Assembly (NCBI GenBank): GCA_964248365.1
Contig: CAXTYC010000003.1
Coordinates: 210,129 to 274,128 of the forward strand
Length of the DNA stretch: 64,000 nt
From: an uncultured Chroococcidiopsis sp.
GTDB taxonomy: Bacteria; Cyanobacteriota; Cyanobacteriia; Cyanobacteriales; Chroococcidiopsidaceae
Direction of reading: 5' to 3'
The notes below the pieces were generated by a model. It saw nothing but the letters and a program-made list of their open reading frames with translations, did not search any database and was not told the origin of the DNA. A program made the translations under genes and the position numbers. Of this stretch, positions 32,111 to 40,948 are shown piece after piece; positions within the stretch are counted from its first letter, which is position 1; each line of letters starts with the position of its first letter.

Positions 32111-32894
32111 ATGAAAAATATTACTAACCACACTTCAGAGTCACAAGCTATCACCCCTCCATTACAAGTGCCGGAAGTAATGTCTTGGTTTGAATTAATC
32201 ATCAATCAGCAGCAACAACTTCAGCAGTACCAAAAGCAGCTAGAGACACAACAACAGCAGCTAAAAGAACCACAGCAACAACTGGATGCACTCACAGGCG
32301 AACTATCTCAAATCAAAAACCCTACCGCCCAACCCAAAACCTCTAAACCAAGAGCGAATTATAGAAATACTCTGGCAAAACTAACAAAACGTTTGGCTGG
32401 AATTTCTGGTAGTGCAAAATATCAACCCAGGTTTGCACTACAACAAATTTTGTTTTCCTATATTGGTAGTTTCATCGGTATTGCAGCATTGGCTTATCTA
32501 ACAGCCGATTCCGGTTATCCTTTGATTGCGGCTCCGTTTGGAGCTGCTGCTGCTGTACTGCTATTTGCTGCGCCCGATAGCCCCTTGGCTCAACCACGCA
32601 ATTGTATTGTTGGTAATTTTTTGGGTGGTTTAGTCAGCCTGATTATGGTGCATTTATTTGGTTTGTGAACCTTGGGTAATGGCTTTAGCCGTCGCCACTG
32701 TTATCAAGGTGATGCAACTAACAAAAACTCTACATCCTCCTGGTGGGGCTGTTGCTTTGGTAGGAGTAATGAGTAAAGCCCATTGGAGCTTTCTTTTAAC
32801 TCCTGTCCTAGCAGGTTCTGTAATTTTAGTACTTTGTACCGTAGCTTTTAATAACTTGATGCCAGGGAGATCTTATCCTAAACATTGGTTGTAA
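32111..32894 (+). pseudogene. HPP family membrane protein with N-terminal Gln-rich coiled coil, frameshifted near 32662
   Basis: APFGA, PDSPLAQPRN in the first ORF; TLHPPGGAVAL and YPKHWL in the second; one extra T in GGTTTGTGAA. Confidence 0.8.
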
Positions 32895-32984
32895 TTGGAT
32901 TGCTGATAACTTGCGCTCTTTAGGCGGCTTTTATCGAGTTATTTGTGCTTCATAAATCATTAGGTTCTGCCACATCACAGTTTC

Positions 32985-33026
32985 GGCATTTGGCATTTCC
33001 GTTTAAGGGAAGTGGCAAATGCTTTT
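32985..33026 (+). terminator. Hairpin plus T-tract downstream of the HPP gene
   Basis: GCATTTGGCATTTCC...GGAAGTGGCAAATGCTTTT. Confidence 0.55.
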
Positions 33027-33318
33027 GAATGAGTAGCAACCTAAGAATCATCTTCAATGTATCAGAAACTACTCGTACTTAAACCGTGTATCCCTTTTCT
33101 AAGTACGTTTTTTGGAAAGAGGAGAAAGCAGTTATGCCCAATTATTAGATTAATTAAAACTAGAAATATATCAACTCAAACTTATGATTTTTACTGAATT
33201 AATACCATAATAATTGTTTTTAAATTATAGCTCCATCAAAGCGCTTAGCTCCTACTCTTTTTGTTGATTTTTAGTTTAATCAAACTCATAAATTTGATAG
33301 ATTTAGAGGAGATTTTCT

Positions 33319-33721
33319 CTGAGTAATTTGCGCCAAAAAAGAAAACAAGTTTTTCTCGCCATCTTGGCTGCGGTTAGCAGTAGCGGGGTTGTTACAGCTG
33401 CCCCTACACCAGACATGGAGATTCCTAAACAAATTTTCTTAACAGTTGCAGATGTGGCTATGTGTACAGTAATCTGGGATATTTACTTTGACGAAGAGCT
33501 AGCGCAGAAATTTATTAGACTTGGGACTTATAACTGTGATTAGCGTAGTAACGGCTTTCATTACTGCCAAAGCAATCACCGCTCTAATTAGTCAAATAAC
33601 CAATTGGTTAAAACCAATTGGATGGGTAGTTACAGGTTTAATTGCAGGTTTGGCAACAAGTCTCTTAGGAATTGGGTGGGCGTTTTACTGTGATGATTTT
33701 TATAGACACCAAAGTCGCTAA
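33319..33721 (+). pseudogene. Small hydrophobic membrane protein, frameshifted near 33510; start codon possibly mutated to CTG
   Basis: RBS AGAGGAG precedes CTG AGT AAT TTG; two overlapping ORFs (33328-33543, 33521-33721) join into one TM-rich protein. Confidence 0.6.
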
Positions 33722-33885
33722 GCTAATCTACGATTTGCATTATAGATTTTTTGTGATGGGTGTCTTGCGTCATTTGTTATTAGTCAAGAGTCATTAGTAT
33801 TGAACAAAAGACAGTCGTACACTCGTACAAATAGCCAAAAACACAAAAACCTTGATTAGTCTTAATGTAGAATATCTAAACCTTG

Positions 33886-34016
33886 TATAGCAATCCTATT
33901 TGAGCCATAAATACTGCTAGAAAGTTATCATGTCCTTGGTAGTTACAAAGGACGCAAAGGCAAAGGACACTCATACAACCACTTTGAAAGATTCACGAAT
34001 TATTTAGGATTGCTAG
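33886..34016. mobile_element. MITE-like element with TATAGCAATCCTA / TAGGATTGCTAG ends
   Basis: Terminal inverted repeats; no ORF. Confidence 0.7.
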
Positions 34017-34152
34017 ATTTGGAGAAATAAACTTTTTTAACGTTTTATATCAAACTTATCCCATTGGTGTATGTAATCTTATTCAAGTAAATGCTTCGTA
34101 AATAGTTATAGATTTTTTATTTCAATAAGATTAAAAAGAGATTATGCTCAAC

Positions 34153-34268
34153 TCATATCTTGTACCAGTATTTAAATGAGCCTCTTCTCTATTTTTTGGT
34201 TTCAAGGCGTAAGCGTAGGAACGAGGGTTAGCAAACTCTTCTGTTGGCAATCCCACAGGTGCCACTGA
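34153..34268. mobile_element. Degenerate MITE family A copy (empty version of 30858-31082)
   Basis: TCATATCTTGTACCAGTATTTAAATGA...CTCTATTTTTTGGTT...GCAATCCCACAGGTG shared with the 30858 copy. Confidence 0.65.
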
Positions 34269-34465
34269 GGTTTTCTAAAAGGCAACTACTGATGATATAA
34301 GTAAAATTAGTTACTCAACATCTAACTATACAGCAATGGTTTGAGATGGGTAAACGTTATTATCCTGCGGTTTTTCACTCCAAGAGCGAGGAATTGTACA
34401 AAACAGTAAACAGGCGTTGCATACAGCACAGGGCTTATAATTTTCCGCAAAAGCGGTAATCGGCT

Positions 34466-35542
34466 ATGTCTCAAAAAAACGAAACAGCTGTTTTAGTCTT
34501 AGCCCTTTTGATTACAGCTGGGTTATTGGCTAGCGGTTTCTGGTGGTTGACCAGACAATCTCGTGTTGACCTAGAAGGAATTACAAACTCTGTGCCTCCT
34601 ACTATTGGCAATCCTAGTGTTAGTAACTCTAACTTTGTGCCGTTACCCCAAGTATCGAGCAATTTAAATTTTGCCTCTGTACAAAATGTTCCTAATGGAT
34701 TATTTAATTATGGTGGCAGTACCTCATGGGCTCCGATTCGATTAGCCATTGATCCGAAGATAGAAGCATCCAAACCAGGATTTCATCTGCGCTATGTCGA
34801 CCCAGTCAGTGTTGCTCCTGGCTCTAACAGTGGCATTCGGATGCTAATTGAAGGTAAAATTACCTTTGCTCAGTCTTCTCGACCGCTGTCTGACGAGGAA
34901 TTATCCCGCGCCCTTGTGCGGGGTTTTGGGCTTAAACAAATTCCGGTAGCGATTGATGGGTTAGCGATCGCCACTCATCCCGACTTAAATATCCCTGGAC
35001 TAACTTTACAACAGGTCAAAGCAATTTACACAGGTAAGATCACCAACTGGAAACAAGTTGGTGGTCCTAATGTGCCAATCAAGCCTTATTCCCGCCCCAT
35101 CAGTGACGGCGGTACAGTTGAACTTTTTGTTCAAGACATCCTTGCAGGTCAATCTTTCGCAGCTAATGTGGAGTTTGTTGCTACCACAACCCAAGCCTTA
35201 CAAAAACTGGCTAGTAACCCAGGTGGAATCTACTATGCCTCTGCACCGGAAGTTGTACCACAATGTACAATTAAGCCCTTGCCGCTTGGTCGCCAGCCTG
35301 GTAAATTTGTACCACCCTACCTGGAGCCTTTTATCGGGCGATCGCTTTGTCCAGGTCAACGCAATCAACTCAATATAGAAGCCTTTCAAACAGGACAGTA
35401 CCCAATTACGCGCAACTTGTTTGTTGTAGTCAAACAGAATGGTCAAATTGAGCAGCAAGTTGGGGAGGCTTATGCCAACTTGCTACTGACAGAACAGGGA
35501 CAGGCGTTGATTGCTGGGGCTGGGTTTGTGAGAATTCGGTAA
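34466..35542 (+). CDS. Membrane-anchored PstS-like (type II PBP) binding protein
   Basis: MSQKNETAVLVLALLITAGL anchor; FNYGGSTSWAP, FAQSSRPL, VAIDGLA, GKITNWKQVGG, YPITRNLFVV. Confidence 0.88.
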   Translation: MSQKNETAVLVLALLITAGLLASGFWWLTRQSRVDLEGITNSVPPTIGNPSVSNSNFVPLPQVSSNLNFASVQNVPNGLFNYGGSTSWAPIRLAIDPKIEASKPGFHLRYVDPVSVAPGSNSGIRMLIEGKITFAQSSRPLSDEELSRALVRGFGLKQIPVAIDGLAIATHPDLNIPGLTLQQVKAIYTGKITNWKQVGGPNVPIKPYSRPISDGGTVELFVQDILAGQSFAANVEFVATTTQALQKLASNPGGIYYASAPEVVPQCTIKPLPLGRQPGKFVPPYLEPFIGRSLCPGQRNQLNIEAFQTGQYPITRNLFVVVKQNGQIEQQVGEAYANLLLTEQGQALIAGAGFVRIR

Positions 35543-35568
35543 ATCTCATACCATGCCACTAACAAATA

Positions 35569-36285
35569 TTAACTAGGTCTATTGATAGAATCTGCTGGTA
35601 AACAGATCAGATTATCTTCCTGAGTAATCAGTAAACCGCGTTGACGCAATTTGCCCATTAAACGAGTTACAGTTACACGGGTTGAGCCAATGGCACTACC
35701 AATTTGAGCGTGGGTGAGAGTAAATGGTAAAGAATAACCGCGCAAAACTTCTGGATCTTCTTCACTAACTGATGGCTCTCCGTACTCTTCGACTAACAGC
35801 GTTAGAAATCCCAACAGTCGATCAATCGTCCGTCGCTGTCCTAAGGCACTCAACCAAAGGAGTTTACGCTGATGCTGATAGCGAAAGGCATCTAGAACTT
35901 CTCGCCGGAAGTGGGGCCAGTTGTCCAAGTCATGCCAGTACATCCACACTACCAAAGTTGGCTCAACATGGGCATGAGCTTGCAGTGTAAATGGAGACTG
36001 GGCAACAATTTCAAACGGCTGTCCTGCACCAACGAAGCCTAAAAAAGCTTCTTCTGGTGTTCTGTTAATGCGTCGAGATGCTAGCTGACTAGTAGCACTA
36101 ATTTGAGCAGTACCCACTAGTCGCACAGCACCTCTTTGCACCAAATACAGCAGTCCAGGTCGAGCAGGAATTCGCTCATCTTTGCTAAAAGATCGAACCC
36201 GATAGTGTTCCTGCGCCCAGTCTAGAATCCGTTGCCAAGTTAAAAATGGTCTTTGTGGCTCTGGAGAAGCGGATGGGGAATGCAT
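35569..36285 (-). CDS. Crp/Fnr family transcriptional regulator (start at MHSPS, 36285)
   Basis: RPFLTWQRILDWAQEHYR N-terminus; LTHAQIGSAIGSTRVTVTRLM HTH. Confidence 0.92.
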   Translation of the reverse strand: MHSPSASPEPQRPFLTWQRILDWAQEHYRVRSFSKDERIPARPGLLYLVQRGAVRLVGTAQISATSQLASRRINRTPEEAFLGFVGAGQPFEIVAQSPFTLQAHAHVEPTLVVWMYWHDLDNWPHFRREVLDAFRYQHQRKLLWLSALGQRRTIDRLLGFLTLLVEEYGEPSVSEEDPEVLRGYSLPFTLTHAQIGSAIGSTRVTVTRLMGKLRQRGLLITQEDNLICLPADSINRPS

Positions 36286-37008
36286 AATGGAAGCGGTTGG
36301 CGGATAGACAAAAACGTCAACAACAAGCGCAGCCGTTGCCAGTATCCAAGCTGTTTGAACTTCACTTCTCAAAACAGTGGAAATTGGTGGCTACTTTCGT
36401 GAGCTAAGCTCTACATTTCTTTTAATGGTCTAACAAAATGATCCTAGTATTTAAAATCACTTAATTATCTACTAAATTTTCCATATTTGTATTTTTTTTT
36501 TCACTCTTACAACTCAATCTTAAAACAACAGATAGTGTAAACAATTAAACAAGGCAATTGCAAGTTATCCCCTCTTTAATGATTGTACGGGGGCGAGGAA
36601 AATTGTGCCATGAATGTTTGATTAACATACAATCTAGGATATTTACACTGTGAATTTACTTAAGTAATTAAGCTCGCTTAGAAAAGACTGGTAATTTTTC
36701 AGTAGAATTACGGTTGAAGTTGCTCAAGGGTAGGGGTATTTTCCTTGGAGGCATTAATGCCGTTAAGCTATCTCAAAAAACTAGTAGGTAGGGCAATTCA
36801 TCTTGCTGGCTAAACTGGAGTACTTAATTTGTATGTCCAGGGCAAATCCCCAAGCAGGGGATGGACTAATAGTAAAATCTCACCTTTTTAGTGAGAGGCA
36901 AGGCGATATTGGAGACCAGAGATTTTAGATTGGGAACTCTCTCGAAGGACGGATACCCATGCTTTCTTCTAGTTCCTCTGGTTCCTCTGGTTTTTCTAAC
37001 CCTCATGA

Positions 37009-37866
37009 TTGGCTGTGAATTACCAGTTGTCGTCGGTTAAGTATCTAGCAATCAAGCAGCTTTTGGTCGATCGCCTGCAAGCGGCGCTTGATTTGTACAT
37101 TGGTGAGTGTGGCCAAGACCTGCTGCTAAAAAGCCACATTTCGCTCAAACGAGCCAAACAGGCTGGTCGAGTTTTATATGTTTGCGCGATCGCCCAACAG
37201 CTAAGTAAAACTCTCAACGAGCCTCCAGGGGAAATCGCCACCGCCTTAGCCCAGCTTGTTTTGTGCCAAACAGATGGGCAAGATTTTACCGTCCAAGTCG
37301 TTGAGCCTGGTTGGATTTATTTAGAATTAACTCAGTCTTACCTAGCAAGCCTGTTGCAACACCTGACTCAAGCACCACCTTTGTTGAAAAGACAAGGAGG
37401 AGGGGGGAACTTGGGGGACTTCGAGCTTCAATATACTCATGCTCGTTGCTGCTCAATTTTGCAACTAGCTCACACAGAAAAATTAATTCATCTCCAGCGG
37501 GTAGATTCTGATACCAAATCGGCTTTGTGGCTGCCTATTAGCCCTAACCCTATTCCTTGGTTCAACTGTGAGCAGATTTGCCCCTGTCATCCTGCCCAAT
37601 GGGCTTTGATGTCCCAGCTGTTGACAATTTTAGATGATCTCTATTGCCCCTGTCCTTCCCGTCAACCGATCAACTGGCATAAAGCAGCACTAAATTTAAG
37701 TCAAGCTTTTCAAACCTTCTACAGTCAATGCCGTATCTGGGGCGAGGTAAAAAGCCAAAATATCCATCTAGCTCAAGCAAGATTAGGTTTGGTTTTGATT
37801 ACCCAATCAGTTTTACGTTTATTGCTGCAAGATCAGCTGGGGATCATTGCTCCATCCGAACTTTAA
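37009..37866 (+). CDS. DALR anticodon-binding domain protein (ArgRS N-terminal plus DALR domains, no catalytic core)
   Basis: VVEPGWIYLEL, LQYTHARCCSIL, FQTFYSQCRI, ARLGL; no HIGH/KMSKS. Confidence 0.8.
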   Translation: MAVNYQLSSVKYLAIKQLLVDRLQAALDLYIGECGQDLLLKSHISLKRAKQAGRVLYVCAIAQQLSKTLNEPPGEIATALAQLVLCQTDGQDFTVQVVEPGWIYLELTQSYLASLLQHLTQAPPLLKRQGGGGNLGDFELQYTHARCCSILQLAHTEKLIHLQRVDSDTKSALWLPISPNPIPWFNCEQICPCHPAQWALMSQLLTILDDLYCPCPSRQPINWHKAALNLSQAFQTFYSQCRIWGEVKSQNIHLAQARLGLVLITQSVLRLLLQDQLGIIAPSEL

Positions 37867-37940
37867 GCACTTATCTATCTTTGGGTAGATATTTTTCAAA
37901 GGGGGGTGACAAATCAGAAAAGTTCAAATATAGTATGGGG

Positions 37941-38003
37941 GTGTGAGGAGCGAACCAGTCAGGACACCGAGACGAAACACGGCCAGTCGTCGGTGTCCTT
38001 TCT
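37941..38003 (+). ncRNA. yfr2: Yfr2-family small RNA
   Basis: 5' GTGTGAGGAG; stem AGGACACCGA/TCGGTGTCCT with GAAACA in the loop; upstream GTGACA...TATAGT promoter-like boxes. Confidence 0.75.
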
Positions 38004-38029
38004 GATTTATCAGCTATTAGCGATTAGCT

Positions 38030-38085
38030 GTTAGCTGGCTTGGTAACTGGTAGTTGGTAGTTGGTAGTTGGTAACTGGTAACTGC
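38030..38085. repeat. STRR heptamer tract (GGTAGTT/GGTAACT)n
   Basis: Direct reading; similar tract at 50236-50290. Confidence 0.75.
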
Positions 38086-38095
38086 GCGGTAGCTA

Positions 38096-38926
38096 TTATG
38101 CAAGTAAGAATTCTTCAATTGCTGCTGCTGCTCCATCTTTGTCTACACTAGGAGCTACCCACTGGGCAACAGCTTGTACATCGGCTGGGGCATTGCCCAT
38201 CGCTACACCAATTCCAGCATATTCGAGCATTTCCAAATCATTGAAGTTATCGCCAATTGCCATCACGTTAGCTGCACTAATCCCAAGCAGTTCCTCGGCT
38301 AGGTAACGTACGCCAGTTCCTTTGTTGACTAAGGGGTTAGTGGCTTCAAAAAATGTAGCAACCGATGTTGTTAGGTATAGTTCAGCTGGTGTGTATTGCA
38401 GGCGGAGGTCACACAGTAAATTATTAATGATCGTGGTGTCGTCACTAAGAGCTAGGATTTTTGTGGGTTCATCGGCTAGAACTTGACGCAAATCACCAAC
38501 GGGTATAGCTTCGACTCCAGAGCGTTCTGAGTAAATTTGTGTTTGGGGAGTTAATTCGCGGACATACAAAGAGTCGTTAATGTAAAAGTGAATCGAAAGC
38601 AGCGATCGCAACAAAGGTTGCTCAAAGTAATCTAGTAGCTGCCCAGCCTTTTGCTTGTCAACAGTCCAGTGTCGATGCATTTTCTGGGTAGCAGGATCTT
38701 GAATCCAAGCTCCTTGATATGCCATTAGTGGTAAAGTAGAGCCGATTTCCTGGTAAAAGCGTAAAGCAGAACGATACATCCGTCCCGTAGCAAGCGCCAC
38801 TTGTACACCTGTCTGAGCAGCTGCCAATATTGCCTGTTTTACCGTTGGGCTAATTTGATTAGACGATCCTGCGATCGTGCCATCAATATCTAGCACGAGC
38901 AATTTAATCTCGGTATCTATACCCAC
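38096..38926 (-). CDS. Cof-type HAD-IIB hydrolase
   Basis: LDIDGT, ATGR, NKG, IGDNFNDLEM, AMGNA. Confidence 0.92.
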   Translation of the reverse strand: MGIDTEIKLLVLDIDGTIAGSSNQISPTVKQAILAAAQTGVQVALATGRMYRSALRFYQEIGSTLPLMAYQGAWIQDPATQKMHRHWTVDKQKAGQLLDYFEQPLLRSLLSIHFYINDSLYVRELTPQTQIYSERSGVEAIPVGDLRQVLADEPTKILALSDDTTIINNLLCDLRLQYTPAELYLTTSVATFFEATNPLVNKGTGVRYLAEELLGISAANVMAIGDNFNDLEMLEYAGIGVAMGNAPADVQAVAQWVAPSVDKDGAAAAIEEFLLA

Positions 38927-39125
38927 TGTTTTTTGTAAATCCTACTCAACTAGAGATAATTTCTGTATAACTTGCTTGCCATCCCTCATCGCAGTTAGAG
39001 GTTAATAGGGGGGCTAGGGGCTAGAGGCGAGAGGAACCAGAGGCGAGAGGCTAGTCTGCCCCCTGCCAAAGTGTCCCCCTGCTCCCCCAGTGCCAACACA
39101 GGCGTCTTAGAGGTAACACAGCTTA

Positions 39126-39878
39126 CTAGGGGGTAGTTGGTGCGGGGGAAGGCTGTGTGGTTGGTGTTTGATTTTGTGGTTGAGTCGGAGATGTTTGATT
39201 GGGTGGTTGAGTTGGTGCGGGGGAAGGCTGCTGCTGTGGCAGTGTTTGGTTCAGTTGTTGAGTCGGTGTAGGAGTGAGTTGCTGATCTGGTGGAAATTGT
39301 TCTCGCGGGATGAAATTGGGTGAGAACTCAAGGGGGCGATCGCTTGAACTAATACAAGTCTCCAAAGCCTGGTTGGGAGTAAGCTTTATTTCCCGCCCTA
39401 ATCCCACTACACATTCAGCATACTGCGTTGGTAAAAGGCTGCGAGTACAGTAATCCAACACGCCAGGAACTTGCCCTTGTATGTTGTTACTAATGCCAAC
39501 TACACATCTAGATAAATCAATTGGTCGTCGCACTTGTCTACAACTGTCCAAAGCTTGTCCGGCGGCGATTTGTGTTTGCCTTCTGATCTGAACTACACAA
39601 CGGGCTACATCTGGTGGATTGAGCGCTCCTGCACAAGCAGTTGTTGCCGCTTGTGCTGATACCCCCGTACCTGCTAGGCGACTGGCGCACAGCCGATATG
39701 CATTTCTGTTAGTCGAAGTAGGAATATTGGCAGCAAGACTTGGGAAACTAATTCCCAATAATCCAGAAACAGCCAAGCCACTAGCCGCTAAGTGAATCAA
39801 ACTTGCACTATGAGCTTTTGACGTATATAGATTAACTCTTGTTTTTGTCAGCATTACATTAGTTCTTCCTAACACCAA
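39126..39878 (-). CDS. Hypothetical exported protein with repeated Cys-pair helices and Pro/Gln/Thr-rich tail
   Basis: Signal-like segment ending PSLAA; repeats C..ALNP.DV..CV / C..VRRP.DL..CV / C..SLLP..Y..CV. Confidence 0.7.
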   Translation of the reverse strand: MVLGRTNVMLTKTRVNLYTSKAHSASLIHLAASGLAVSGLLGISFPSLAANIPTSTNRNAYRLCASRLAGTGVSAQAATTACAGALNPPDVARCVVQIRRQTQIAAGQALDSCRQVRRPIDLSRCVVGISNNIQGQVPGVLDYCTRSLLPTQYAECVVGLGREIKLTPNQALETCISSSDRPLEFSPNFIPREQFPPDQQLTPTPTQQLNQTLPQQQPSPAPTQPPNQTSPTQPQNQTPTTQPSPAPTTP

Positions 39879-39907
39879 TTTGTTTAACTAGAAAAGGGCG
39901 CTCTTGC

Positions 39908-40036
39908 TAGAGGAACCAGAGGAACTAGAGGAACCAGAGGAACCAGAGGAACCAGAGGAACCAGAGGCTAGGGAAAAGGGAAAAGGTAATTCATAATTTC
40001 TCCCTCTGCCCCCTGCTCCCCTGCTAAAGTGCTCTC
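39908..40036. repeat. 9-bp tandem repeat (AGAGGAACC)n followed by a reverse copy of the composite repeat
   Basis: About six AGAGGAAC(C/T) units; GGGAAAAGGGAAAAGGTAATT...CTGCTAAAGTGCTC. Confidence 0.8.
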
Positions 40037-40138
40037 TTCTAGCTCGTCTAAATACCCAGTTTCTAGATCCAGTTCCTCAATTTAGATTTATAATGGAATA
40101 TTTGGAGAAGTTTGACAAGGATTAGAAGAGGAAATTGA

Positions 40139-40747
40139 ATGTCCCGATATCGAGGACCACGACTGAGGGTTGTCCGTCGCCTGGGCGACTTACCAGGATT
40201 AACCCGTAAAAATGCCAGACGCACTTACCCGCCAGGTCAGCATGGACAGAACCGTAAAAAGCGTTCTGAATATGCTATCCGTCTAGAGGAGAAGCAAAAA
40301 CTACGCTTCAATTATGGCTTGACTGAAAAGCAGTTGCTACGTTATGTTCGTCGAGCCAGACGAGTTACTGGTTCTACAGGACAAGTGCTGCTACAATTGC
40401 TGGAAATGCGTTTAGATAACACCGTCTTTCGCATGGGGATGGCTCCCACTATCCCAGCAGCTCGTCAGCTAGTCAATCATGGTCATGTAATGGTTAATGG
40501 TCGCGTGGTTAATATTGCTAGCTATCAGTGCCGACCTGGAGAAGTGATCGCTGTCAGAAACCGCGAACAATCGCGCAAGTTAGTAGAAACCAATTTACAA
40601 TACCCAGGGTTGGCAAACTTGCCCAGCCATCTAGAATTTGACAAGAATAAGATGGAAGGTAAGGTTAACGGCTTAGTTGAGCGCGAATGGGTAGCACTAC
40701 AAATCAACGAACTGCTAGTAGTTGAGTACTACTCACGACAAGCTTAA
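40139..40747 (+). CDS. rpsD: 30S ribosomal protein S4
   Basis: [39 protein letters not shown]. Confidence 0.99.
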   Translation: MSRYRGPRLRVVRRLGDLPGLTRKNARRTYPPGQHGQNRKKRSEYAIRLEEKQKLRFNYGLTEKQLLRYVRRARRVTGSTGQVLLQLLEMRLDNTVFRMGMAPTIPAARQLVNHGHVMVNGRVVNIASYQCRPGEVIAVRNREQSRKLVETNLQYPGLANLPSHLEFDKNKMEGKVNGLVEREWVALQINELLVVEYYSRQA

Positions 40748-40812
40748 GTTTTTCGTGCTTGCACCTGCGCGGCTGCGGTGTGCAATTTAATTAACTATCA
40801 GGTTTTTTTCAT

Positions 40813-40848
40813 CAAGCTCTCTGAATCCGTCACTCAGGGAGCTTGTTT
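40813..40848 (+). terminator. rpsD terminator
   Basis: CAAGCTCTCTGA...TCAGGGAGCTTGTTT stem-loop. Confidence 0.65.
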
Positions 40849-40948
40849 GATATTGTTTTCAATATGTCTTGAAAAATGACAGTGCTGTTATGAGCGTTCG
40901 TTTTCGGGCTTGCTCTGAGCCGAACTTTATGGATAGCATATATCTAAT

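Noticed and set aside
36835..36900. CAGGGCAAATCCCC hairpin as a c-di-GMP-I riboswitch
   Set aside because: Lacks the GNRA loop, the GACGCAAAG junction and a matching P3/receptor
39908..39967. Regular repeats as a possible CRISPR array (also the heptamer tracts)
   Set aside because: 7-9 bp tandem units without unique spacers; no cas genes
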